From Occultella glacieicola (lineage in GTDB: Bacteria; Actinomycetota; Actinomycetes; Actinomycetales; Beutenbergiaceae), in contig NZ_SMNA01000007.1 in NCBI RefSeq assembly GCF_004353825.1, positions 62,001 to 126,000 of the forward strand: DNA of 64,000 bases, read 5' to 3'. Of the stretch, positions 9,203-18,443 are shown one piece after another (positions within the stretch are counted from its first letter, which is position 1; each line of letters starts with the position of its first letter). The notes below the pieces were generated by a model that was not told the DNA's origin, made no database searches, and was given only the letters and a program-made list of their open reading frames with translations. Made by a program: the position numbers and the translations under genes.

Positions 9203-9883
9203 ATGAGCTCAGGGCAGTTCCAGCTGGGTCCGTCCTCGCTCACCGATGCCCTCTACGAATCGGTCCGCAGCCGCATCATCAGCGGTGACATCGCCCCGGG
9301 CGAGAAGCTGACCGAGCAGCGGATCGCCGACGACTACCGGGTCGCGCGTCCGACCGCGAAGGCCTGCCTCGAGCGGCTCACCGCGCTCGGGCTGCTGCGC
9401 CGCTCCGCCCACAAGACGGCCGTCGTACCCGAGCTCGACGAGCAGGACATCACCGACCTGTTCTTCACCCGCGAGATGTTCGAATGCACCGCCGCGGACC
9501 GCCTCGCCGAGGCCAGGACGGTTCCGGACGCGGCCCGCAAGGCCCAGGCCGCGATCGAGTCCGCAGTGCGCGCGAAGGCGTTCGACGACCAGGTGGTCGC
9601 GGACATCGAGTTCCACTGGGCGCTCATCAACGCCGTCGACAGTCCGCGTCTGTCCCGGGTGTACGAGATGGTCAGCGGGGAGGTGCACCTGACGATGGGG
9701 CAGTTCAAGGCGCACCGGCGCACGACGCCGTCGACCGTCGCGGCCGAGCATGCCCTGATCCTGAAGGCGATCGAGGACGGCGACCGGGCCGGGGCCCGCG
9801 AGCAGATGGCCCATCACCTGCAGGGGGCTCGGGACCGGGTGCTCGCGCAGGTCATGGCCGCCCGCGAGGAGGCCCCGGCCTGA
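9203..9883 (+). CDS. GntR family transcriptional regulator (FCD domain)
   Basis: wHTH IISGDIAPGEKLTE...VARPTAKACL, FCD motifs DIEFH and EHALILKAI...HL. ATG at 9203 follows GAGGTG. Confidence 0.9.
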   Translation: MSSGQFQLGPSSLTDALYESVRSRIISGDIAPGEKLTEQRIADDYRVARPTAKACLERLTALGLLRRSAHKTAVVPELDEQDITDLFFTREMFECTAADRLAEARTVPDAARKAQAAIESAVRAKAFDDQVVADIEFHWALINAVDSPRLSRVYEMVSGEVHLTMGQFKAHRRTTPSTVAAEHALILKAIEDGDRAGAREQMAHHLQGARDRVLAQVMAAREEAPA

Positions 9884-10028
9884 ACAGGGCCCGATCTGGC
9901 CCGGTCCACCGGGATGACCCGGCTTGCATGTCGGGCGCGCCTGGGTGACGGTGGAACGACCAGGGCGCACGCGTGTGGTTCACCGCTGCCGTCAAGCGTC
10001 ACCATCGAAGTCACGAGAGGGAGCACTC

Positions 10029-10307
10029 ATGCTCACCCTGACCGAGAACGCCCAGACCGCCATCAGGACCATCGCCACCGAGGCCGGCCTGCCCGAGCGC
10101 GGGGGAGTGCGGATCGCCATGGCCGAGAGCGGCACCGAGCTCCAGATGGCTCTCGCGCCGGAGCCCGCTGCCGGGGACGACGTCATCGAGGACGAGGGCG
10201 CGCGCGTGTTCGTGCCGACCGAGACCTCGGCACTGCTCGCCGAGCAGGAACTCGACGCCGCCACCACCGAGCAGGGCACCGGCTTCACGCTGCGCCAGCA
10301 GGCCTAG
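10029..10307 (+). CDS. HesB/IscA-like small protein lacking cysteines
   Basis: MLTLTENA...GGVRI...PAAGDDVIEDEGARVFV...LD pattern, GGGAG RBS. Confidence 0.75.
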   Translation: MLTLTENAQTAIRTIATEAGLPERGGVRIAMAESGTELQMALAPEPAAGDDVIEDEGARVFVPTETSALLAEQELDAATTEQGTGFTLRQQA

Positions 10308-10321
10308 ACGCCGCACCGACA

Positions 10322-10364
10322 CCCCGGCCGGTCTCCATGCGCATGCAGGCGAGACCGGCCGGGG
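10322..10364. terminator. Hairpin between convergent genes
   Basis: CCCCGGCCGGTCTC / GAGACCGGCCGGGG 14-bp perfect stem. Confidence 0.6.
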
Positions 10365-10376
10365 CCGTCGGGTCGG

Positions 10377-11876
10377 TCAGGAGTTGCCCGCCGCGCTCGT
10401 GAGCTTCTCCATCACCTTGTTGATGGTGAACGAGGCAGGCTCCTGGCGCGGTGGGAACTCCAGGAATGTCTGCAGCATCTGCGCCACGTACGCCTGCGCC
10501 GGCACGAACAGGAAGATCCGCGACATCATCCAGTCGTAGTAGGTGTTGGACGTGCGGTCCGCGCGTTCGAACGGGTCCGTCCGCAGGTTGAAAAGTTTCG
10601 GTGCCCGCAGTTCCACCCACGGATCCAGCCACACGGCGAGCGTCCCCTCGGTGCGCTGCTCCAGGAACACGATCTTCCAGTTGTCGAAGCGCAGCGCGGT
10701 CAGGTCGCCCTCGTCCGACACGTAGAAGAAGTGGTTGCGAGGGCTCTTCTCGGCGGCGCCGGTGATGTAGTCGAGTTGGTTGTGGCCGTCGAGTTGCACG
10801 TGGTACTCGGTGCCGTTCAGCTCGGTGCCCGCGGCGAGGCGGTCGGCGATGTCCGGATCACCGGCCGCGGCGAGCAGGGTCACGAACCAGTCGTTGTGGC
10901 TGACGATGCCGTTCAACGTCGTGCCGGCCGGGATGTGCCCGGGCCAGCGCACCATCGCCGGCACTCGGTAGGCGCCCTCCCAGTTCGAGTTCTTCTCGTT
11001 CCGGAACGGGGTCATCGCGCCGTCCGGCCAACTGTTCATGTGCGGGCCGTTGTCCGTGGAGTACATGACGATCGTGTCCTCGGCGAGGCCGAGCTCGTCG
11101 ATCAGGTCGAGCAGACTGCCGACGACGTCGTCGTGGTAGAGCATCGCGTCGTGATACTCCGACTGCCAGCGCCCGGCGCGCCCCTTGTCCTGCTCGCGCA
11201 CGTGGGTCCGGAAGTGCATGTGGGTGGCGTTGAACCATACGAAGAACGGGGCGTCGTCCTCCGCCTTGGCCCGGATGAAGTCCGCCGCAGCGTCGCGGAA
11301 CTCCTCGTCGCAGGTCTCCATGCGCTTCTTGGTGAGCGGGCCGGTGTCCTCGATCCGCTGGGTGCCGTCCCCGTTCGCCCAGGAGTGGATCACGCCGCGC
11401 GGGCCGAACCGGTCGTGGAAGTTCGGGAAGTCCTCGGGTGAGGGGTAGTCCGGGTGCTCCGGCTCCTCCTCGGCGTTCAGGTGGTAGAGGTTGCCGAAGA
11501 ACTCGTCGAACCCGTGCATCGTCGGCAGGAACTCGTCCCGGTCTCCGAGGTGGTTCTTGCCGAACTGGCCGGTCGCGTACCCCTGCGCCTTGAGCGCGGT
11601 GGCGATCGTCGGGTCCTCGGCGCGCAGGCCGACGTCGGCGCCCGGCATGCCCACCTTGGTCAGCCCGGTGCGGTACGGGTTCTGCCCGGTGATGAACGCG
11701 GCGCGGCCCGCCGTGCAGCTCTGCTCACCGTAGTAGTCGGTGAACTTCACCCCCTCGTCCGCCACCCGGTCGATGTTGGGGGTCCGGTAGCCCATCAGAC
11801 CGTCGGAGTACGTGCTGAGGTTCGTGAGGCCGATGTCGTCGCCCCAGATGATCAGGATGTTCGGCTTGTCTGCCAT
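10377..11876 (-). CDS. Arylsulfatase (Cys-type, family S1)
   Basis: KPNILIIWGDDIG, SCTAGRAAFITG formylglycine motif, GKNHLG, STDNG. ATG at 11876 follows GAGGGAG. Confidence 0.92.
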   Translation of the reverse strand: MADKPNILIIWGDDIGLTNLSTYSDGLMGYRTPNIDRVADEGVKFTDYYGEQSCTAGRAAFITGQNPYRTGLTKVGMPGADVGLRAEDPTIATALKAQGYATGQFGKNHLGDRDEFLPTMHGFDEFFGNLYHLNAEEEPEHPDYPSPEDFPNFHDRFGPRGVIHSWANGDGTQRIEDTGPLTKKRMETCDEEFRDAAADFIRAKAEDDAPFFVWFNATHMHFRTHVREQDKGRAGRWQSEYHDAMLYHDDVVGSLLDLIDELGLAEDTIVMYSTDNGPHMNSWPDGAMTPFRNEKNSNWEGAYRVPAMVRWPGHIPAGTTLNGIVSHNDWFVTLLAAAGDPDIADRLAAGTELNGTEYHVQLDGHNQLDYITGAAEKSPRNHFFYVSDEGDLTALRFDNWKIVFLEQRTEGTLAVWLDPWVELRAPKLFNLRTDPFERADRTSNTYYDWMMSRIFLFVPAQAYVAQMLQTFLEFPPRQEPASFTINKVMEKLTSAAGNS

Positions 11877-12036
11877 CGCGTGCTCCCTCGGATCAGCGGC
11901 GGGAAGGTCCCACGGTGATCGAAGCACGGCGGCCTGCGGCACAGATCATCCGTCCGGGGTGAGCCCGGGGACGGCGGCCACTCCTAGCGTCGGAACCGAC
12001 GGCAGCGAGTGGCCGTCCGACCGAAGGGACCGAGAC

Positions 12037-12987
12037 GTGCCCGATCTGCCCGATCTGCCTTCGTGGCGCGCGACGCCCACCCGCGCGGCGATCGAGGACT
12101 TCCTCGCCGCCGTCACCACCGAGGGCGGCCCCGACTTCGTCCCGCCCGAGCGCCGCGTCGCCGTCTTCGACAACGACGGCACGCTCTGGACCGAGAAACC
12201 GATGCTGGTCCAGCTCCACTACCTGCTCGAGCAGTGGAAGGTCGCCGCCGAGGCGGACCCGGCCCTCGCGACGACCCAGCCCTACCAGGCCGCGGTCAGC
12301 GGCGATCTGGCCTGGCTCGGCGCCGCGGTGGACAAGCACTACGCCGGGGACGACGCGGATCTCGGCCTGATCATCGCCGCCGTCTCCGCTGCGAGCGCCG
12401 GATCGAGCGTGGAGGAGTACGAGGCCTCGGTGGCCGCGTTCTTCAGGGACGCCCGCCACCTGACCCTGGACCGGTCCTACGCCCACACCGTGTACCAGCC
12501 GATGGTCGAGCTCGTCCGGTTGCTGGACGCCCACGACTTCCGGACCTACATCGTCTCCGGTGGCGAGCGCGACTTCATGCGACTGATCGCCCAGGACTAC
12601 TACGGGATCCCGACGCAGCGGGTGATCGGCACCGCACTCGGCCTGGAGTACGACGCCGAGCACAACGTGGTGCGCTACAGGAGCGCGCTGTCCTTCTTCG
12701 ACGACGGGCCCGAGAAGCCGGTACGGATCTGGACCCGCACCGGGCGGCGCCCGATCCTGGCCGTGGGCAACTCCAACGGCGACGTCCCGATGCTCCGGTT
12801 CGCCCAGGGCAACCCTCGGAGCCTGGCGCTGCTCGTCAACCACGACGACGACACCGAGCGCGGCGACCAGCCCTACGCCAAGGGCGCCGAGAAGGCGATC
12901 GAGGCAGCCGGCGTCCACGGGTTCACGGTGATCAGCGTGCGCGACGACTGGTCCCGGGTCTTCCCGCCCGACGACGCCCAGGACTGA
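12037..12987 (+). CDS. HAD-family hydrolase
   Basis: VFDNDGTLW motif I, IVSGG motif II, GNSNGD motif IV. Start estimated at GTG 12037. Confidence 0.85.
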   Translation: MPDLPDLPSWRATPTRAAIEDFLAAVTTEGGPDFVPPERRVAVFDNDGTLWTEKPMLVQLHYLLEQWKVAAEADPALATTQPYQAAVSGDLAWLGAAVDKHYAGDDADLGLIIAAVSAASAGSSVEEYEASVAAFFRDARHLTLDRSYAHTVYQPMVELVRLLDAHDFRTYIVSGGERDFMRLIAQDYYGIPTQRVIGTALGLEYDAEHNVVRYRSALSFFDDGPEKPVRIWTRTGRRPILAVGNSNGDVPMLRFAQGNPRSLALLVNHDDDTERGDQPYAKGAEKAIEAAGVHGFTVISVRDDWSRVFPPDDAQD

Positions 12988-13033
12988 GGCGACCGGACCG
13001 CCCCCGGCGACCCCCGCCGTCGGGCCGGGATGC

Positions 13034-13945
13034 TCAGGCGTCCTTCGCGCAGCGGAAACCGATGTGCGACATCCCGGTGTCCTCCGCCTGCGGTGAGCGG
13101 GCGGCGGGCCGGAACCGCAGGCAGTACTCCGGCGAGCAGAGCTGGGAGCCGCCCTTGAGCACCCGGCGGGGAATGTCGATGCCCTCCTGCTTGCTCGCCG
13201 CCGCGAGCAGGTTCGTGCGCTTGCCGGGGTCCACCGGCTTGTCCGAGAGGCGCAGGTGCCGGGGCGTGTAGAAGTCGGATGTCCACTCCCAGACGTTGCC
13301 GATCAGGTCGAACAGTCCGTAACCGTTCGCGGGATACGACCCGACCGGTGCCGCGTCCCCCACGCCCTGGTTGTCGTACGGGAAACGCCCGAGCCACGTG
13401 TTCGCCTGCGCGACGCCGTCCGGATAGGGCTCGTCGCCCCACGCGAACCGTTGGCCGTCGTTGCCGCCGCGAGCCGCGTACTCGTGCTCGGCCTCGGTCG
13501 GCAGCCGCAGGCCGGCCCAGGTCGCATACGCCGTGGCGTCCTCGAAGCAGACGTGGATGACCGGGTGGTTCTGCCGGTCCTCGACACCGGAGTCCGGCCC
13601 GAACGGCCGGCGCCAGTACGCCCCGGGCTGCCAGCGCCACCAGTTCCGCCAGTTCCGCAGGTCGACCGGGCCGGTGGTCGGCGTGAACACCATGGCGCCC
13701 GGGACCAGGTCGGCGGGGTCGGCGCCCGGGAAGTCCTTCGGGTCCAGCTCCCGTTCGGCGACGGTGACGTACCCGGTCGCCGCGACGAACCGGGCGAACG
13801 CGGCGTTCGTCACCTCGTACCGGTCGATCCAGAACGGCGCGACCTCGCGCTCGTGCACCGGCCGTTCGTCGGGGTAGAACTCCTCGGACCCCATCAGGAA
13901 GGTGCCGCCGTCGAGGCGGACCATGTCGTGGCTGGGGACCGTCAT
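13034..13945 (-). CDS. Formylglycine-generating enzyme (SUMF1/FGE)
   Basis: FLMGS..YPDERP, RLPTEAEHEYAARGG, GNVWEWT, KGGSQLCSPEYCLRFRPAAR with both catalytic Cys. Confidence 0.93.
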   Translation of the reverse strand: MTVPSHDMVRLDGGTFLMGSEEFYPDERPVHEREVAPFWIDRYEVTNAAFARFVAATGYVTVAERELDPKDFPGADPADLVPGAMVFTPTTGPVDLRNWRNWWRWQPGAYWRRPFGPDSGVEDRQNHPVIHVCFEDATAYATWAGLRLPTEAEHEYAARGGNDGQRFAWGDEPYPDGVAQANTWLGRFPYDNQGVGDAAPVGSYPANGYGLFDLIGNVWEWTSDFYTPRHLRLSDKPVDPGKRTNLLAAASKQEGIDIPRRVLKGGSQLCSPEYCLRFRPAARSPQAEDTGMSHIGFRCAKDA

Positions 13946-14055
13946 GACCGCGGGGGCTCCTTCGGTGTGGGCGTCGCCTCGAGTCTATGGGCGATGCCCG
14001 ACGGCGGTGGTCGCCGTTCGCGGGCGGCCCGCGGTCGGGGTGGGGGTCGGGGCTG

Positions 14056-16053
14056 TCAGGATCGGCGGTCGGTGGCCGCCTCGAGCTGCTCGCGCAACTG
14101 CGCTGTGGTGCCGACGGGCAGGTCGCAGACGAACCCGCGGCAGACGTACGCGGCGGAGCCGCCGCGCAGCAGGGGCCGGTCGACGCGCAGGGGGTGCGGG
14201 TCCTCGGGCGCGCCGAACGCGAGCACCAGGCCCGGCGACGTGCTCGCCCGTGCGAGCCGGACCATCTCCTCGGCGACCTCGTCGGTCCCGACCACGGCCA
14301 CCTGCACCGGCCCGGCCAGGGCCGCCTCGGCCACGGCGAGCGTCCAGCCGGCGAACCGGGCGTCGCGGCGGGCCACCTCGCCGCCGGCTGCGATGGCGGC
14401 GTCGGCCTCCGCACGCCACCGGCCGGTCAACGCGGAGAACGTCAGCAGCGCCCCGGCCAGGGCCGAGGTGCCCGAGGGCTCCGCGTTGTCACCCAGCCCG
14501 CGCGGGCGGATGACCAGGGCCTCGGCGTCGTCCGCGGTGTCGAAGAAGCCGCCGTCGCCGTCGGCGAAGTGGGCCAGCGCGGTGCCGAGCAGACCCTCCG
14601 CCGCGTCCAGCAGGCGGCGCTCGCCCGTGGCCTGGTGTAGCGCGAGCAGGCCCTCGGCGAGGTTGCCGTAGTCGTCGGCGACCCCGGCGGCGTCGCCGGC
14701 GACACCGTCACGGGAGGTGCGCAGCAGGCGTGGGCCCGATTCGCCCGCCACGACGTGCACCGCGAGCAGGAAGTCCGCGCACCGGGTCGCGGCGGCCACC
14801 CACTCGGGTCGGTCCAGGAGCGCGCCCGCCTCGGCCAGCGCCGCGATCGCCAGGCCGTTCCAGCTCGTGACCACCTTGTCGTCCCGCGCCGGCTGCGGCC
14901 GCCGTGACCGGGCCGCGAGCAGCGCGGCCCGCCACTGCGGCCACTGCGCCGGCGGCTCCCCGACCATCCGCAGGGTCGAGCGGCCCGCCTCGAACGTGCC
15001 CTCGGGACTGACGCCCAGCAGCTCGGCCGCAGCGACGCCGTCGGGCCCCAGGACGTCGGACACCTCGGCGGGCGACCACACGTACGTGAGCCCCTCCTCG
15101 CCGTCGGTGTCCGCGTCCAGCGCGGAGGCGAAGCCGCCCTGCGCGGTGCCGAGGTCGCGCAGCAGGAACTCGGCGGTCTCGGTGGCCACGCGCCGGGCGA
15201 GCGCCGAGCCCGCGGCACCTCCAGCACGGAACAGGTGCAGGTACACGCGCAGCAGCTGGGCGTTGTCGTAGAGCATCTTCTCGAAGTGCGGCACCACCCA
15301 GGCCGCGTCCACGGAGTACCGGGCGAACCCGCCGGCGAGCTGGTCGTAGATGCCGCCCCGGGCCATCGCCTCGCAGGTCGCCTCCGCCATCGCGAGCGCC
15401 GGCCCCGAGCCGGTGCGGGCGGCGTGGCGGAGCAGGAACTCCAGCACCATAGACGGGGGGAACTTCGGCGCGGATCCGAAGCCGCCACGGCGGGGGTCGA
15501 AGTCGAGGCGGAGGTGGCTGACGGCGTCGGCGAGCTGGTCCTCGCCGATCGGCATCGGCGCGCCGACGTCGGCGAGCGTGCGCAGGTCGTCGGCGATCTT
15601 CACGCCGCCGTCCACGACGGCGGACCGGTTGTCCCGCCACACCTCGTGCACGGCCCGCAGGAGCTGGAGGAACGGGGCCTTCGGGTAGTAGGTGCCGCAG
15701 TGGAACGGCTCGCCCGCGGGCGTGAGGAAGCAGGTCATCGGCCACCCGCCCGCGCCGGTCATCGCCTGGGTGGCGCGCATGTAGACGGCGTCGATGTCCG
15801 GGCGTTCCTCGCGGTCCACCTTGATCGCCACGAAGTCGGTGTTGACCGCCGCGGCCACGGTCTCGTCCTCGAACGACTCGTGGGCCATCACGTGGCACCA
15901 GTGGCAGGCCGCGTAGCCGACGCTGAGCAGGATCGGCACGTCGCGCTCGCGAGCCTGCGCGAGCGCTTCGGGGCCCCACTCCTGCCAGTGCACCGGGTTG
16001 TCCGCGTGCTGGCGCAGGTACGGGGAGGTCGAGTCCGCGAGCAGGTTCGCCAT
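14056..16053 (-). CDS. YyaL/DUF255 thioredoxin-domain protein (SPATA20-like)
   Basis: SPYLRQHADNPVHW, GYAACHWCHVMAHESFE, KVDREERPD, PHFEKMLYDNA, RDDKVVTSWNGL. Confidence 0.93.
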   Translation of the reverse strand: MANLLADSTSPYLRQHADNPVHWQEWGPEALAQARERDVPILLSVGYAACHWCHVMAHESFEDETVAAAVNTDFVAIKVDREERPDIDAVYMRATQAMTGAGGWPMTCFLTPAGEPFHCGTYYPKAPFLQLLRAVHEVWRDNRSAVVDGGVKIADDLRTLADVGAPMPIGEDQLADAVSHLRLDFDPRRGGFGSAPKFPPSMVLEFLLRHAARTGSGPALAMAEATCEAMARGGIYDQLAGGFARYSVDAAWVVPHFEKMLYDNAQLLRVYLHLFRAGGAAGSALARRVATETAEFLLRDLGTAQGGFASALDADTDGEEGLTYVWSPAEVSDVLGPDGVAAAELLGVSPEGTFEAGRSTLRMVGEPPAQWPQWRAALLAARSRRPQPARDDKVVTSWNGLAIAALAEAGALLDRPEWVAAATRCADFLLAVHVVAGESGPRLLRTSRDGVAGDAAGVADDYGNLAEGLLALHQATGERRLLDAAEGLLGTALAHFADGDGGFFDTADDAEALVIRPRGLGDNAEPSGTSALAGALLTFSALTGRWRAEADAAIAAGGEVARRDARFAGWTLAVAEAALAGPVQVAVVGTDEVAEEMVRLARASTSPGLVLAFGAPEDPHPLRVDRPLLRGGSAAYVCRGFVCDLPVGTTAQLREQLEAATDRRS

Positions 16054-16374
16054 GTCTCCACCGTAGGCGGCGCGTCCAGCGGGCTCACTCCGGGCCGGTC
16101 AGCACCTTCAGAGTTACGGGTTGATGAGGACGAGGTCCCTTCCGGTCGTGACGTCGCGGAACTGCGTCGGGGTGCAGGTCGACGTATCCCCTTCCGCATC
16201 CCGTGGCCCGGGTCTAGTGTTCCCACCCATGGCCTCGAGCGGGGGAGGTCACCGACCGTCGGCATCGGTGTCCACGGATTCGGTGCGCCAGGGGCGGCTT
16301 GGGCCATGCCGGCATCACACCCCCGCGGACCAGGACCGGGTTTCGACCCGGTGGCGCAGCAACGGGGAGGAATC

Positions 16375-17547
16375 ATGCGCACACGAAGGATCATCGGGAC
16401 CACCGCAGCCGTCACGCTCACGCTCACCATCGCCGCCTGCGGGTCGGACGACGGCGGCGGCTCGGGTGACGGGACACTCGTCGGCGAGGGCAGCGGCGCG
16501 GACTGCGAGATCGCCGCCGCGATCGGTGTCGGGGCGGCCCTGTCGCTGACCGGGGCGGCGGCCAGTTACGGCGAGTCGCAGCGCAACGGGCTGGAGCTGG
16601 CCGTCGCGGACCTGAACGAGGAGGGCGGCGTCACGTACGAGCTGACCGTCGAGGACGACCAGACCGACCCGCGGCAGGGCATCACCGTGTTCGAGGACTT
16701 CACCGGCGGTGACACCAGCATCATCATCGGCCCGACGCTGTCCAATGGCGCGTTCCAGGCCCAGCCGATCGCCCAGGAGGCGGGTGTGCCGGTGCTGGCC
16801 ATCTCCAACACGGCCTCCGGGATCACCGAGCAGGGTGACTACATCTTCCGGGACTCCCTGACCGAGGCGCAGGTCATCCCACAGACCATCGCCCTGGCCA
16901 CCGAGACCTACGACCTGGAGCAGGTCGTGGTGATGTACAGCAACGACGACGCCTTCACCGAGTCCGGCTACGAGGTGTTCGCCTCCTCCCTGGAGTCCGA
17001 GGGTGTCGAGGTGACCGACACCCTGACCTTCTCGGTGTCGGACACCGACTTCCGGCCGTTGCTCACCGAGGCCCTGGCCGCCGAGCCCGATGCGCTGGTC
17101 GTGTCCGGCCTGATCGAGGCGGCCATCCCACTGGTCACCCAGGCCCGTGATCTCGGCATCGAGGTGCCGATCATCGGGGGGAACGGGTTCAACAACCCGC
17201 AGCTGATGGCCGACGCCGGAGCGGCGGCGGAGGGCGTGGTGGTCGGTGCGGCCTGGAACTCCACCTCCGACAACGCCGAGAACGTCGAGTTCCTGGACGC
17301 GTACGAGCAGGAGTTCGGCGGGCCGCCGGACCAGTTCGCCGCCCAGGCCTACGCCGCGATGACGATCATCGACACCGCCGTGCGGCACAACTGCTCGGGG
17401 GAGCGCGATGACGTCCAGGACGGCCTGAACAACATCGCCGACCTGCCCACGGTGCTCGGTTCGCTGACGATCAACGACGACCGTGACGCCGAGCACGAGG
17501 CGGTCGTGCAGGTGGTCGAGGACGGCGCGTTCGCCGTCCTCGGCTGA
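16375..17547 (+). CDS. Branched-chain amino acid-type ABC substrate-binding lipoprotein
   Basis: Lipobox IAAC, SLTGAAASYG, IIGPTLS, YIFRDS. GGAGG RBS before ATG 16375. Confidence 0.9.
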   Translation: MRTRRIIGTTAAVTLTLTIAACGSDDGGGSGDGTLVGEGSGADCEIAAAIGVGAALSLTGAAASYGESQRNGLELAVADLNEEGGVTYELTVEDDQTDPRQGITVFEDFTGGDTSIIIGPTLSNGAFQAQPIAQEAGVPVLAISNTASGITEQGDYIFRDSLTEAQVIPQTIALATETYDLEQVVVMYSNDDAFTESGYEVFASSLESEGVEVTDTLTFSVSDTDFRPLLTEALAAEPDALVVSGLIEAAIPLVTQARDLGIEVPIIGGNGFNNPQLMADAGAAAEGVVVGAAWNSTSDNAENVEFLDAYEQEFGGPPDQFAAQAYAAMTIIDTAVRHNCSGERDDVQDGLNNIADLPTVLGSLTINDDRDAEHEAVVQVVEDGAFAVLG

Positions 17548-17561
17548 GGCGCCCAGCCCCG

Positions 17562-18443
17562 ATGGACGTCCAACAGCTCCTCAACGGGCTGTTCGTCGGC
17601 TCGATCTACGCGCTGTTCGCGATCGGTTTCACGCTCGTCTTCGGTGTCCTGGACCGCCTGAACCTGGCGCACCCGGCCGTCTTCACCGTGGCCGCGTTCG
17701 TGGGGATCGAGCTGGTGGCGGTCGGTGGGCTCTCGATCTGGGCGGCGCTCCCGGTGGTGTTCGTGGTCGGCGGCCTGCTCGGCCTGGTGATCGAGCAGGT
17801 CGCCTTCCGGCCGCTCAAGGGACGGGCGGACGCCCACTTCGCGGGCCTGATCTCCTCGATCGCGCTCGCGGGCATGTTCATCGCGCTGCTGCAGTGGCGC
17901 TACGGACCGGACACCAAGCGCTTCCCCGCGGAGTCCTTCCCGGAGACCACGTACAAGGTCCTCGGCGCGCAGGTGACCGGGGTGCAGGTCGCGATCCTGC
18001 TGATCACGATCGTGCTCGCCGTCGGGCTGCATCTGCTGGTCGGTCGGACCCGACTGGGCCGCAGCATGCGTGCGACCGCGGAGAACCCGACGGCGGCACG
18101 GGTGGTGGGCGTCAACGTGGACCGCGTCAGTGCCACCACGCTCGCCATCTCCTCCGCGCTCGGCGCGGTCGCCGGTGCCCTGTTCGCCATGAACGTCAAC
18201 AGCGCGCAGTTGGGCATGGGTGGTGCGATCGAGCTCAAGGGGCTCGCCGTGATCGTGGTGGGCGGGATGGCGTCCCTGCCCGGTGCCCTGGTGGGCGGCC
18301 TGCTGCTCGGCCTCGCGGAGGTCTTCACCGTTCAGTACATCGGCTCGAGCTGGCGCGACCTCGTCGCCTTCGGCCTGCTCTTCCTGATCCTCGTGGTGCG
18401 TCCCCAGGGACTGTTCGGCACCCGCAAGGTCCGGGAGGTCTGA
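17562..18443 (+). CDS. livH: Branched-chain amino acid ABC permease
   Basis: NGLFVGSIYALFAIGFTLVFG, GRSMRATAEN, VVGGMASLPGA. Confidence 0.9.
   Translation: MDVQQLLNGLFVGSIYALFAIGFTLVFGVLDRLNLAHPAVFTVAAFVGIELVAVGGLSIWAALPVVFVVGGLLGLVIEQVAFRPLKGRADAHFAGLISSIALAGMFIALLQWRYGPDTKRFPAESFPETTYKVLGAQVTGVQVAILLITIVLAVGLHLLVGRTRLGRSMRATAENPTAARVVGVNVDRVSATTLAISSALGAVAGALFAMNVNSAQLGMGGAIELKGLAVIVVGGMASLPGALVGGLLLGLAEVFTVQYIGSSWRDLVAFGLLFLILVVRPQGLFGTRKVREV

Noticed and set aside
15235..17547. 770-aa ORF, and similarly extended ORFs 5110..7032, 8273..9883, 17483..20131, 30565..32682, 53700..55970
   Set aside because: Open-frame extensions upstream of the true starts, overlapping neighbouring genes
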